Below, one piece after another: positions 28,808 to 37,207 of a stretch of 53,236 nt of DNA. The translations under genes were made by a program, and so were the position numbers. The notes below the pieces were generated by a model. That model searched no databases. It was not told where the DNA came from and saw only the letters and a program-made list of their open reading frames with translations. Location of the stretch: assembly GCA_038251135.1 (NCBI GenBank), contig JBBSBR010000003.1:1-53236 (forward strand), written 5' to 3'. This DNA is from Candidatus Saccharimonadia bacterium. GTDB lineage: Bacteria; Patescibacteriota; Saccharimonadia; UBA4664. Position 1 is the stretch's first letter. Each line of letters begins with the position of its first letter.

Positions 28808-29095
28808 ATGGCAAAGAAGAAGAATCAGTCGAAGAAGCATCGCTTCAAATACACCGAAGCACCAACTGAATCCGCAACCGCTGTCGGTACGCCGGCCGAC
28901 GAAGCTAAGGCCAAAACCGTTTCGGCATCGGTTCGCCCGAGCCAGGATTCAGAGCGTGACTTCTCCTACGTATCGCGAGACCTCAGGCGTATCGCAGTTT
29001 TGGCCGTGTGCTTGGTACTGCTCGAGGTAGGCTTGGCGTATATGTTCAATCACACCGGACTCGGTTCGACGGTCGACAACCTCATTAAGCTCTAG
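28808..29095 (+). CDS. Small membrane hypothetical protein
   Basis: Basic N-terminus, YVSRDLRRI, one TM; TGCTACAAT 10 nt upstream. Confidence 0.75.
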   Translation: MAKKKNQSKKHRFKYTEAPTESATAVGTPADEAKAKTVSASVRPSQDSERDFSYVSRDLRRIAVLAVCLVLLEVGLAYMFNHTGLGSTVDNLIKL

Positions 29096-30596
29096 CCCGA
29101 TACTGCAGCGCCTCGGTGAAGTGGGGAAGTTGGATATCGGCCGATTGTTCGAGGTCCGCAATCGTGCGGGCGACCTTCAGAACGCGGTTGTATGATCGCG
29201 CGGAGAGCCGCAGTTGACCGACGGCTTGCCGGGCCAAATTTGTGAGCTCGGATGTGAGCTTGCAATAGGTACGAATATGAACATTGGTCATTTGCGAGTT
29301 GGTTTGGACCGCGGGCTCGTGCTCATAGCGTGCCGCCTGCAACCGGCGCGCCTCCAAGACCCGCCGGGCGGTTATCGAGCTTGGCTCGGAGGCTTGCCCG
29401 GCTATTAGCTGGTCGCGGTCCACGCGGGCAACGTCGACGCAGAGGTCGATGCGGTCAATGAGGGGCCCCGAGATGCGCTGCTGATAGCGGATAACCTGAG
29501 CCGGAGTGCAGGTGCAGGCCTGCAACGGATCGCCGGCGTAGCCGCAAGGGCAGGGGTTACGGGTTGCCACGAGCATAAAATCGGCGGGGAAGGTGACCGC
29601 ACGCAGAGCCCGGGCGACCGTAACCTGCCCGTCTTCGAGGGGCTGGCGGAGTACTTCGAGGACACTGCGGGGAAATTCGGGCAGTTCATCGAGAAAAAGC
29701 ACGCCGCGATGGCTGAGGCTGATCTCGCCGGGCCGCGGAATCGCACCTCCCCCGATGAGTGCAACGCTGGAGGCGGTATGGTGGGGCGCCCGGAAGGGAC
29801 GTTCGCGGATAACCCCGTCGGCGTTGAGTCCCGCCAGGCTATAGATGCGGGTGACCTCGATCATTTCCGGGAAGGTGAGCGGCGGCAGGATGCCCAAAAG
29901 GGCCTTGCTGAGCATGGTTTTGCCGGATCCGGGAGGGCCGGACATGAGTATATTGTGGCCGCCGGCGGCTGCGATCTCCAAAGCGCGCTTAGCCTGCTGC
30001 TGGCCGTAGATCGAGGAGAGATCAGTGCAGGATTGAGGCGAAATTGAATGGTGTTCCGTAGCTATATTTACAACACTTATGGTTAGTTCGCCGACCAGAT
30101 GGCGGTATAATTCGTGGAGCGATTGAACCGGATAGACCGCAATATCTCCGAGCAGGGCGGCCTCTTCGGCATTATCAGCCGAAACATAGACCGATTTGTA
30201 GCCCAGCGTCGCTGCGAGCTGGGCGGCGAGCAGCGCTCCGCGGACAGGGCGCAACGTACCGTCCAGCGCCAGCTCACCTAGAAATATCGCCTCGTTTACG
30301 GAGCTTTGCTCAATCTGGCCGCTCGCGACGAGTACGGCGACGGCCATCCCCAGATCGTAGCCGGTTCCGTCTTTCGGCAGATCGGCCGGGGCGAGGTTAA
30401 GGGTGAGGCGTTTCTGGGGCAAAACCAGGCCGCTGTTGCGAATAGCGCTGCGAACGCGCTCCTTGGATTCATCGATGGCCTTGTCGGCGAGGCCGACGAC
30501 TACAAATCCAGGCAAGCCGTTGGCTAAATCGCACTCAATATCGACCATATGTCCTTCGAGACTCAACAGGGCGGCAGCGTGAATATGGGCTAGCAT
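29085..30596 (-). CDS. comM: YifB/ComM Mg-chelatase-like AAA+ ATPase
   Basis: NLAPADLPKDG, GPPGSGKT, RPFRAPHH, LFLDELPEF, NPCPCG, ARTIADL. Confidence 0.94.
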   Translation of the reverse strand: MLAHIHAAALLSLEGHMVDIECDLANGLPGFVVVGLADKAIDESKERVRSAIRNSGLVLPQKRLTLNLAPADLPKDGTGYDLGMAVAVLVASGQIEQSSVNEAIFLGELALDGTLRPVRGALLAAQLAATLGYKSVYVSADNAEEAALLGDIAVYPVQSLHELYRHLVGELTISVVNIATEHHSISPQSCTDLSSIYGQQQAKRALEIAAAGGHNILMSGPPGSGKTMLSKALLGILPPLTFPEMIEVTRIYSLAGLNADGVIRERPFRAPHHTASSVALIGGGAIPRPGEISLSHRGVLFLDELPEFPRSVLEVLRQPLEDGQVTVARALRAVTFPADFMLVATRNPCPCGYAGDPLQACTCTPAQVIRYQQRISGPLIDRIDLCVDVARVDRDQLIAGQASEPSSITARRVLEARRLQAARYEHEPAVQTNSQMTNVHIRTYCKLTSELTNLARQAVGQLRLSARSYNRVLKVARTIADLEQSADIQLPHFTEALQYRARA

Positions 30597-30630
30597 GATT
30601 GACTCCGGTAAAATATAATTATCTCCCAAC

Positions 30631-30675
30631 TCACCTCATTACGTCGATAATACCGAACACAAGCCGAACAGTCAA
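30631..30675 (-). promoter_or_regulatory. comM promoter with TTCGG-N6-TTCGG operator (candidate LexA box)
   Basis: TTGACT-17bp-TATTAT; repeat at 30653-30668. Confidence 0.8.
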
Positions 30676-30754
30676 GCGGAATTTGATAAAGCATAGCGTT
30701 ATTGTTGTCAGTAGTTATTGACTTTCGTTGCATAAATCAGGTATACTGTACTAC

Positions 30755-31543
30755 ATGAATGAAGAGCAGCTAATCTCCCATATTGAAGAACTCGGCCTCT
30801 CCAACAAGGAGGCGCGCGTCTATGTAGCCTGTCTTAAGACGGGCGCCGCTTCGGTCCAGCGCATCGCCGACCAGTCGGGCATAAAGCGCGTTACGACTTA
30901 CGTAATCCTTGAGTCGCTGGTCGGTCTCGGCCTCGTGTCGCAGGCGATCAAAGGCAAGAAGACGCTCTTTATGGCTGAAGATCCGTCAAATCTCCGCCGC
31001 ATCATTGAGAAGCGCGAGCAGGAACTGGCCGAGCAGAAGGTCAACTTCGAGCAGGCGTTACCGGGTCTGCTCGGGTTGAAATTGCTGCCGCAAGACACCC
31101 CGAACGTGAAGTTTTACGATAGCGTCGACGGTATCAAGGGCGTTATGAAGACATTTCTGGCCATTCACAAAAAAGACGCCGCCGGCGGTATCTACGGCAT
31201 CACCAATGTCGATCAGCTCTATGTATTCTTCCCTGAGATCCGGTCCAGCGGCGGCAACCCGGCCCGCATTAGCGAGGGCGTGCATAGCCAAATTATTTAT
31301 ACGAGCAGCGAGGGGCCGATCTACAAAGGCACCGATGAGGCGAGGAACCGCGAGTCGCGCTGGGTACCGGCCGATAAGTATCCGTTGACGAGCGATATTA
31401 CGATTGTCGGCAGCCACATTATTATGCTTTCACTCACCGGACCGCAACCGATCGGCATCACGATCGACAGCCGCGATATAGCCTTGGGGCTTACGGCTTT
31501 CTTTAAGCTGGCTTGGGAAGCGGCTGAACAATATAACAAATAA
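30755..31543 (+). CDS. TrmB-family transcriptional regulator
   Basis: LGLSNKEARVYVACL...IKRVTTYVILESL HTH, VKFYD, F..AWE. Confidence 0.88.
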   Translation: MNEEQLISHIEELGLSNKEARVYVACLKTGAASVQRIADQSGIKRVTTYVILESLVGLGLVSQAIKGKKTLFMAEDPSNLRRIIEKREQELAEQKVNFEQALPGLLGLKLLPQDTPNVKFYDSVDGIKGVMKTFLAIHKKDAAGGIYGITNVDQLYVFFPEIRSSGGNPARISEGVHSQIIYTSSEGPIYKGTDEARNRESRWVPADKYPLTSDITIVGSHIIMLSLTGPQPIGITIDSRDIALGLTAFFKLAWEAAEQYNK

Positions 31544-31582
31544 GCGTTCACTTATAACGTTCCCCTTTGTACTCATGAACCG

Positions 31583-31611
31583 TTGACCAAAAACCAACTA
31601 TATGTTAGATT
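31583..31611 (+). promoter_or_regulatory. Sigma70-type promoter of the candidate ncRNA
   Basis: TTGACC-17bp-TAGATT with extended TG. Confidence 0.7.
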
Positions 31612-31617
31612 GGTTGT

Positions 31618-32010
31618 GTTCACGCACCACGAAACGTGGTGCCTGAGACTTGGACCGCGTCCGCGGCCTCGACCTGCACCAGGCGGCGATCGAAGGAGAG
31701 AGAGATGGGTAACTGATGTTCATCATCAGATTTATTCGACCCTCTGTCTCCCTGGACTCTGCCAAGCGGCTGATGTAGCTGCGTCAGGCAGAGACTTGGG
31801 GACACCATGCTTTGTGAGCCCTTACCCCAAGTCGGGGCTCGCAAAGGGGGAACGCGGACTGCGCAGTCCTAGATCCCGTATCCAAGTAGGCGAGGTCGGT
31901 AGACCTACCTCCACGTCGGCGCTGTCGGCCTCGTCTACTTGCATTTCAGCCCGATCCTCTTACGAGAGGGTAATTTCGCCCCCATCTTGGATCCCAAGAT
32001 GGGGTCTTTT
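31618..32010 (+). ncRNA. Unassigned large structured RNA (about 390 nt)
   Basis: At least 8 stems, candidate 8-9 bp pseudoknot, G-U pairs favouring the + strand, UACG tetraloop, own promoter and + strand terminator; no credible ORF. Confidence 0.75.
31978..32010 (+). terminator. Intrinsic terminator (+ strand)
   Basis: CCCCATCTTGG/CCAAGATGGGG stem then TCTTTT. Confidence 0.85.
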
Positions 32011-32014
32011 CGTA

Positions 32015-32980
32015 TCAGAGCCGGTTGTTGTACCAAAGGGCGGCATACTCGGGCAAAACGGGATTGGTAATTATACCGGTGCCCATTTCGGCGCCGGCGT
32101 ACTCTTTGTGGCGGCGAGGCTCCAGTTTGATGATCAAGTGATGGTTGAGGCCGTCGATTGCTTCCTGGATGTGGTAATTGAAACTCATATTGGCACTGTC
32201 GAGGCGGGCCGCGACGTGGCGGAGACTGCTGGCGAGCGAGTGCAGCTCGCCGACGCCAAGTTCATTAAACAAGCTTACGTGACGGCGCGGCATAAACCAG
32301 ACTTCATACATGTGCGCCGAGGCGTAGGGAGTAACGGCCACCAGATGCTTATCGGCATAGATAACCCTGACCTTTTGCGACTCCTCCCATTGCACCACGT
32401 CGCAGATGGCACAAGATCCGTTCTCGGCGTAATAATGGGTGAAAGCGTCGCTCTCGGCGACAATGCGCGGCGGTACCAGCGGCAAAGCATATATCTGGCA
32501 GTGCGCATGGGAGACACTCGCTCCGGCGATCGGTCCGTCGTTCTTGAAAACCAAGACGTAGCGAATGCCGGGGGTAGCCTTGAGAGCGGTTAGGCGCTGA
32601 CGGTAGGCTTCGAAAATCAGTTCGATATTCTCGAGACTGAGCTCGGAGAATTCGCGGTCGTGGTCGGGGGTGTTGATGACGACCTCAGTCGTTCCGTATG
32701 CCTTGGGATTATTGAAGTTCAGTTGCGAGAAGAGGTTGGTCACGACCTTGACCTGCCAATTCTTGGGTCCGGGTTGGGCAAACTTGCTAGGCTCGGCATT
32801 GTTGCAGAACGGACAGTGGGGGTTTGGGATCTTGTGAGGCTCGGGCTCAGCTGATCCGGAAAAGGCATCCGGGCGCTGGTTTCGCCTGGGCGCCATAATC
32901 ACATATCGATCGAGATAGTAGTGCTTACGTATCTCGGAGCTAGGGGTTTCGGGATTCGATGGTGGCAGCTTTGGTTTCAC
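32015..32980 (-). CDS. galT: Galactose-1-phosphate uridylyltransferase-like HIT protein
   Basis: SEIRKHY..DRYVI.APRR..RP, CPFC, FKNDG..AGAS.SHAHCQI; start (GTG 32980) uncertain. Confidence 0.82.
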   Translation of the reverse strand: MKPKLPPSNPETPSSEIRKHYYLDRYVIMAPRRNQRPDAFSGSAEPEPHKIPNPHCPFCNNAEPSKFAQPGPKNWQVKVVTNLFSQLNFNNPKAYGTTEVVINTPDHDREFSELSLENIELIFEAYRQRLTALKATPGIRYVLVFKNDGPIAGASVSHAHCQIYALPLVPPRIVAESDAFTHYYAENGSCAICDVVQWEESQKVRVIYADKHLVAVTPYASAHMYEVWFMPRRHVSLFNELGVGELHSLASSLRHVAARLDSANMSFNYHIQEAIDGLNHHLIIKLEPRRHKEYAGAEMGTGIITNPVLPEYAALWYNNRL

Positions 32981-34226
32981 GATGGCGCTCAATAGTCTCC
33001 TCGTATAAGCGTAACAACTTAACGGCCTGATTGGTAGCGCTAAACTCGGCCGCCAGGTCGGCGCTGCGGCGTCCCATCTCGAGGCGGACCTCGTCGTCAG
33101 CCAAGACATGATTAATTTTGGCGGCGAAGTCACGGGCGGTCGGCTTGGCGAAGAAGCCGTTGTAGCCGTCACGCACGATCTCGGTAACCGCCGGGTCGGT
33201 CATCACAATCGGGAGGCCGGAGCGGGCGGCTTCGTTGAGCACCAGTCCCTGGGTGTCCGTCATTGAAGGAAAAGCGAAGACGCTGGCTATGGCGTAGAGG
33301 GCGCCAAGTTTGGAGTGGTCGACGTGCCCGGCAAAGGTTATGCGGTCGCCGTAGACGGTGGCCGCGGCTTGGTTCTTGAAGGCCTGAAGATCTTCGCCGG
33401 TACCGGCAATGAGAAGTTTGGCGTGCTCGTTCTTGGTTGCGATGCCGTCGAAACTGCGAATAAGCAATCCAAGGTTCTTTTCGGTTCCTATTCGCCCGAC
33501 AAAGAGGACGGTTCTATCGGCCGGGGAGATATGATAGTGTTTTCTGGCTTCGGCAATTTCTTTAGAATTCGTTGTAATTCTATCAACACCTGTGGGCAGC
33601 ACGACGAGCCTCGACTTCGTACCCCAGCCCTTGAGCTGATCCCTGATTTTTACTGATGGCGTTATGACGACGTCGCAGTAGTTATGGATCATGGTCACGC
33701 TGCGCGCCACGATCTTTTGGTTCCAGGCATCGACGTTGCGCTCGGGCTTAATAGCCGACAGACCGGTACGGAAGTCGGCCATGCCGCCGCCGGTGAAGGC
33801 CGGGGCAAGCAGCGAGAGGGCGATGGTACCGGGCAGGACCTGGGGGTAGTGCTTTACGTACTCGAAGAGGTCGGTGTGGTAGGTAGTTATGAGCGGGATG
33901 TTGTTGCGCATGGCGAAGTAAGCTCCGAGCAAACCGACCTGGGACGGTGTGTGGTAATGGATGACGTCGAGCTTGAGCTTCTCGATTTTGCGCAGAGCCT
34001 GGGGCGGGAAGTAGAAACTGGTCAGGTAGTCCTCGAAGAAGAGTCCTTTGACGGCCGGGAAACGGATGATGCGCTTGTGGGGTTCCTTGTAGCGGAGGTT
34101 CGGCTTGGGCGCAAAGATATAGACTTCGTGGCCCATGGCCTCGAGTTCGGTACGGAAGGTTTCGATGGAGAAGGCGATACCGTCGGCGCGGGGCAAGTAC
34201 ATGTCGCTGAAGAAGCCTATCCTCAT
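32940..34226 (-). CDS. Glycosyltransferase family 4 (glycolipid synthase-like)
   Basis: MRIGFFSDMYLP..DG, TYHT, VGRIGTEKN, TDTQGLVLNEA. Confidence 0.92.
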   Translation of the reverse strand: MRIGFFSDMYLPRADGIAFSIETFRTELEAMGHEVYIFAPKPNLRYKEPHKRIIRFPAVKGLFFEDYLTSFYFPPQALRKIEKLKLDVIHYHTPSQVGLLGAYFAMRNNIPLITTYHTDLFEYVKHYPQVLPGTIALSLLAPAFTGGGMADFRTGLSAIKPERNVDAWNQKIVARSVTMIHNYCDVVITPSVKIRDQLKGWGTKSRLVVLPTGVDRITTNSKEIAEARKHYHISPADRTVLFVGRIGTEKNLGLLIRSFDGIATKNEHAKLLIAGTGEDLQAFKNQAAATVYGDRITFAGHVDHSKLGALYAIASVFAFPSMTDTQGLVLNEAARSGLPIVMTDPAVTEIVRDGYNGFFAKPTARDFAAKINHVLADDEVRLEMGRRSADLAAEFSATNQAVKLLRLYEETIERHRETKAATIESRNP

Positions 34227-35404
34227 GCTCTGTCCGTACGGTGCTTAACGGCCCGTTTATAGGCGGTTTCATACTTTTCAAACGTCACATCGGTGCTGTG
34301 AAGTGACTGAACAATATTCATACTCTCTTTGGAGAATGAGCTCATTAGTGCTTTGTCGGGCAGTAATTTATTGACTCGTTCGGCCAGAGCCTTGAAATCA
34401 TCGCGTGGAAACAGGAATCCGTTCTGGTCGTCGTGACAAAGCTCCTTGAGGGCGGCGACATCGACCGAAATGATTGGCAAGCCGGTGGCCATGGCTTCGA
34501 GCGTAACGATCGACTGGAGTTCGGCCGGGGAAGATATCACGAAGACGCTGGCGGCGTTGTAAATGACGGGCTTTTCGTCTTCATCGATATAGCCGGTAAA
34601 GATTATGTCATCTGCCACACCCAATTTATTGGCTTGCGCCTTCAAATCGTTCATCGCTTTGCCGGAACCGACCATCACAAGCTGCACATTCTGTTGTAAT
34701 TTAATCAACGGTAAGGCGGAAATAATGAGGTCAAGCCGCTTTTCGCCGTCGAGCCGGCCCACGTAGATAAGCACTGGGCGGTCGGTAGCGATCTGGTACT
34801 TGGCCGCGACGGCGCCGGTGTCCTGCCGGGGGTGGAAGACCTTGGTATCGATGCCGTTGGAGATCGGCTCGTGCGGAGCCTTAAGGCCGTGGTCGACCAA
34901 AAGCTTCACGGCGGTGGGGGTCGGCGAGGTTACAAAGTCTGCACGGTTATGGAACCAGACGAGAAACGACCAGATAAAGCGTTCGAGCGGCTTATACACA
35001 AAATCGGTGCCCTTGAGATTAAGCAGGGCGTTCTCCGGCATGAAGTGGTTGGTGGCGAGGACCGGAATCTTGAGCAGTCTGGCCCAGAACATCGTAAACA
35101 GCCCCATCCAATAGGCGTTATGAATGTGGATTACGTCCGGGCGCTCGGCACGGATGACCCGGTAGGCTTTGATGAAGGGGAAGAGGCTCACCTTGTATTT
35201 ACGGTTGGCCAGAAACAGCACGCCCTTTTCGCGGTGGATGACATAAGGACCGTCCTGCTCGTCGTACGACTTAAATTTGGGGCCGGGTGCCCAGACGCTC
35301 ACCTGATTGCCTCGCCCGATGAGCCCCAAGACCAAACGCCGCTCAAAGAGGGCGCCGCCGTCGGCGTTGGGCCAGTAACTTTCGGTCACCACAAGCACTT
35401 TCAT
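34223..35404 (-). CDS. Glycosyltransferase family 4
   Basis: ESYWPNADG, TNHFMPEN, VGRLDGEK, ELQSIVTLEAMATG. Confidence 0.92.
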   Translation of the reverse strand: MKVLVVTESYWPNADGGALFERRLVLGLIGRGNQVSVWAPGPKFKSYDEQDGPYVIHREKGVLFLANRKYKVSLFPFIKAYRVIRAERPDVIHIHNAYWMGLFTMFWARLLKIPVLATNHFMPENALLNLKGTDFVYKPLERFIWSFLVWFHNRADFVTSPTPTAVKLLVDHGLKAPHEPISNGIDTKVFHPRQDTGAVAAKYQIATDRPVLIYVGRLDGEKRLDLIISALPLIKLQQNVQLVMVGSGKAMNDLKAQANKLGVADDIIFTGYIDEDEKPVIYNAASVFVISSPAELQSIVTLEAMATGLPIISVDVAALKELCHDDQNGFLFPRDDFKALAERVNKLLPDKALMSSFSKESMNIVQSLHSTDVTFEKYETAYKRAVKHRTDRA

Positions 35405-35516
35405 AGGAGTCATTATAGCAAAGTGCTTCAACAATACCCACACCAGGCCAATCTGAACGACCCCCTGATCCTTGGAGGTCGTTCAGATTGGGATTGATTG
35501 TGTTGGATCGGAAGGT

Positions 35517-35759
35517 TTAATCTTCCTCGATAATTTTCTCATCGATAGAATCATCGCCCAGCCGCTCACGAAAGCCCGGCTCGATGTCCTCAATCGGCTC
35601 GTCGTCCATCAGGCTGTCGGTGTCGAGCTCCGGCTCGGGGGCATCCTCCGTGGTAAGGGAGTCTTTATCTCCGGGCGTTTCGATCCGCTCGCCAAATTCG
35701 TCGACGTAGAAGTCGGAACCATCGTCCGGGTACAACCCGCTGTTTGATACATCAGCCAT
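35517..35759 (-). CDS. Small, very acidic hypothetical protein
   Basis: AAGGAGGAG SD, D/E-rich 80 aa, hairpin 35448-35491 downstream. Confidence 0.7.
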   Translation of the reverse strand: MADVSNSGLYPDDGSDFYVDEFGERIETPGDKDSLTTEDAPEPELDTDSLMDDEPIEDIEPGFRERLGDDSIDEKIIEED

Positions 35760-35926
35760 GCCAATCTCCTCCTTAGTGCTCTCATGCTACCCTGACGCGT
35801 CGGGAGGGGACTATGGAGGGGATTACGAAAATGCTCGTGTCTCGCGGATGGTTTTTGGAGATATTGTAGAGTTGATTACAACAATGCTTATGCTTAATGG
35901 AGAGTAATTGACCGAGTAATAGCTGG

Positions 35927-36319
35927 GTTGTCACCCTGAGCTTGTCGAAGGGTCTAGATTAATTCATTTATAGATATTTATTACTTTTGCCACCAAAAGT
36001 AACCAAAATTGCTGGGCCAAATATCTCCTTGAGACCAGCTGACGTATCGTTCAGCGACCGACAGAATCGACCCCGTTGAAGTCGTCGAGGACGACGTCTT
36101 TACGGGGATTGTCCCTCACTTATCTAATTGAGGTTCGGGCTATTCTGCCGGTTATTCGCTGACCGCTAAGCCATCTGCTTCAGGGAGATATTTAACGCCC
36201 AGACCCCGCCGCGGGGCTGCTTGGTCGGGATCCCCAGGGGATACAGGCAATGCTTCAAGGACTAGTAGCATCCCCTGGGGACTTTACCGTAGTTGTCATC
36301 CTACGGCTTTACCGGAGGT
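35927..36319. repeat. Composite palindromic (REP/BIME- or MITE-like) element
   Basis: Two GTTGTCAYCCT-initiated REP-like hairpins (35927, 36292) bracket TTACTTTTG/CAAAAGTAA, a 190-nt branched hairpin (36012-36202) and TCCCCAGGGGAT/ATCCCCTGGGGA (36231-36281). Confidence 0.65.
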
Positions 36320-36416
36320 TCGTTGAGCCGTCTCTGGACTAGAATTTTGAGGCCAAATGTGCTACAATTCTCGAGTATTTAAGGCAGGATTGTCGTAAAT
36401 ATGATCTCAAAATTTT

Positions 36417-36794
36417 GGGGCTGATCAGCTTCGACGTTGGGACTTTTACAAGCTATGTGCGCAGGTCGTTTTGCACGCGTAACGTGCTACAACTTACCTC
36501 AATTGGCAAGTTTTTTGCGCAGGTGAAGGCAGCTTTTAGCTCACCTTCATTTGCACCAGCTTACGCCTAAACAACATAAGCCATCGGCACCTGACTCCAG
36601 ATGGGGGTTCGCCGGTGTTATATTATCTGGACGCTCCGAGCAGTAGACCTCTGCTGCCCGGCTAAGATGTGAGGTTGCTCTAGCGGAGAGTCTGTTCGTT
36701 CATGGCCGCTAGCTAAGATTTAAGACGGACTAAACCTGTAGTGCACTCGCGAGTAACCCGGCGGACCGGGGTGCAATTCCCCGCAGCTCCACCA
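36417..36794 (+). ncRNA. ssrA: tmRNA
   Basis: GGGGCTG...CAGCTCCACCA Ala acceptor with G3-U70, TTCGAC, tag ORF 36505-36570 GKFFAQVKAAFSSPSFAPAYA*; terminator 36793-36825. Confidence 0.96.
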
Positions 36795-37001
36795 TTAAAA
36801 CCCGACTAAGTGTCGGGTTTTAATGTAGGCGTTACAACAGAATCAGCCGGCATCCGACCTCATAGGCCGCTTATAATGAATCTACCTGACCTCCGAGGTC
36901 GGGAATAGAGTTCGGGCTATGTACTTACCTCTCAGGGCAGCTTACGGATGTTCCCGCAAGGCTTTAACTCAATTATACTCAAGTTAGCGTAGATATTACT
37001 A

Positions 37002-37030
37002 TTGACAAAATAACCTTATTATGCTAATAT
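37002..37030 (+). promoter_or_regulatory. Near-consensus sigma70 promoter
   Basis: TTGACA-17bp-TAATAT with extended TG. Confidence 0.8.
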
Positions 37031-37207
37031 GTACACACTTCGTTGAGGTGGGTAACAACTCACTCATTTCCGAGGTACTTTAACAAGTTCTCTGTTACCA
37101 GCTCCTTTGAGGAGTTGTGGTGAGCAGCCGGTTCATGATGTATTTCGTGCTCTTATTGTTTACCATGACCACTCATGTCCACCCCGGACCAACCAGAGGA
37201 GCAATCC

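Noticed and set aside
31713-31776. Hammerhead ribozyme core from two CTGATG segments
   Set aside because: Neither is CTGANGA, and no correctly placed GAAA/cleavage triplet was found
31583-32593. 336-aa + strand ORF covering the candidate ncRNA
   Set aside because: Its TTG start is the -35 box; the 3' two-thirds are the antisense shadow of galT; the N-terminal part is not protein-like
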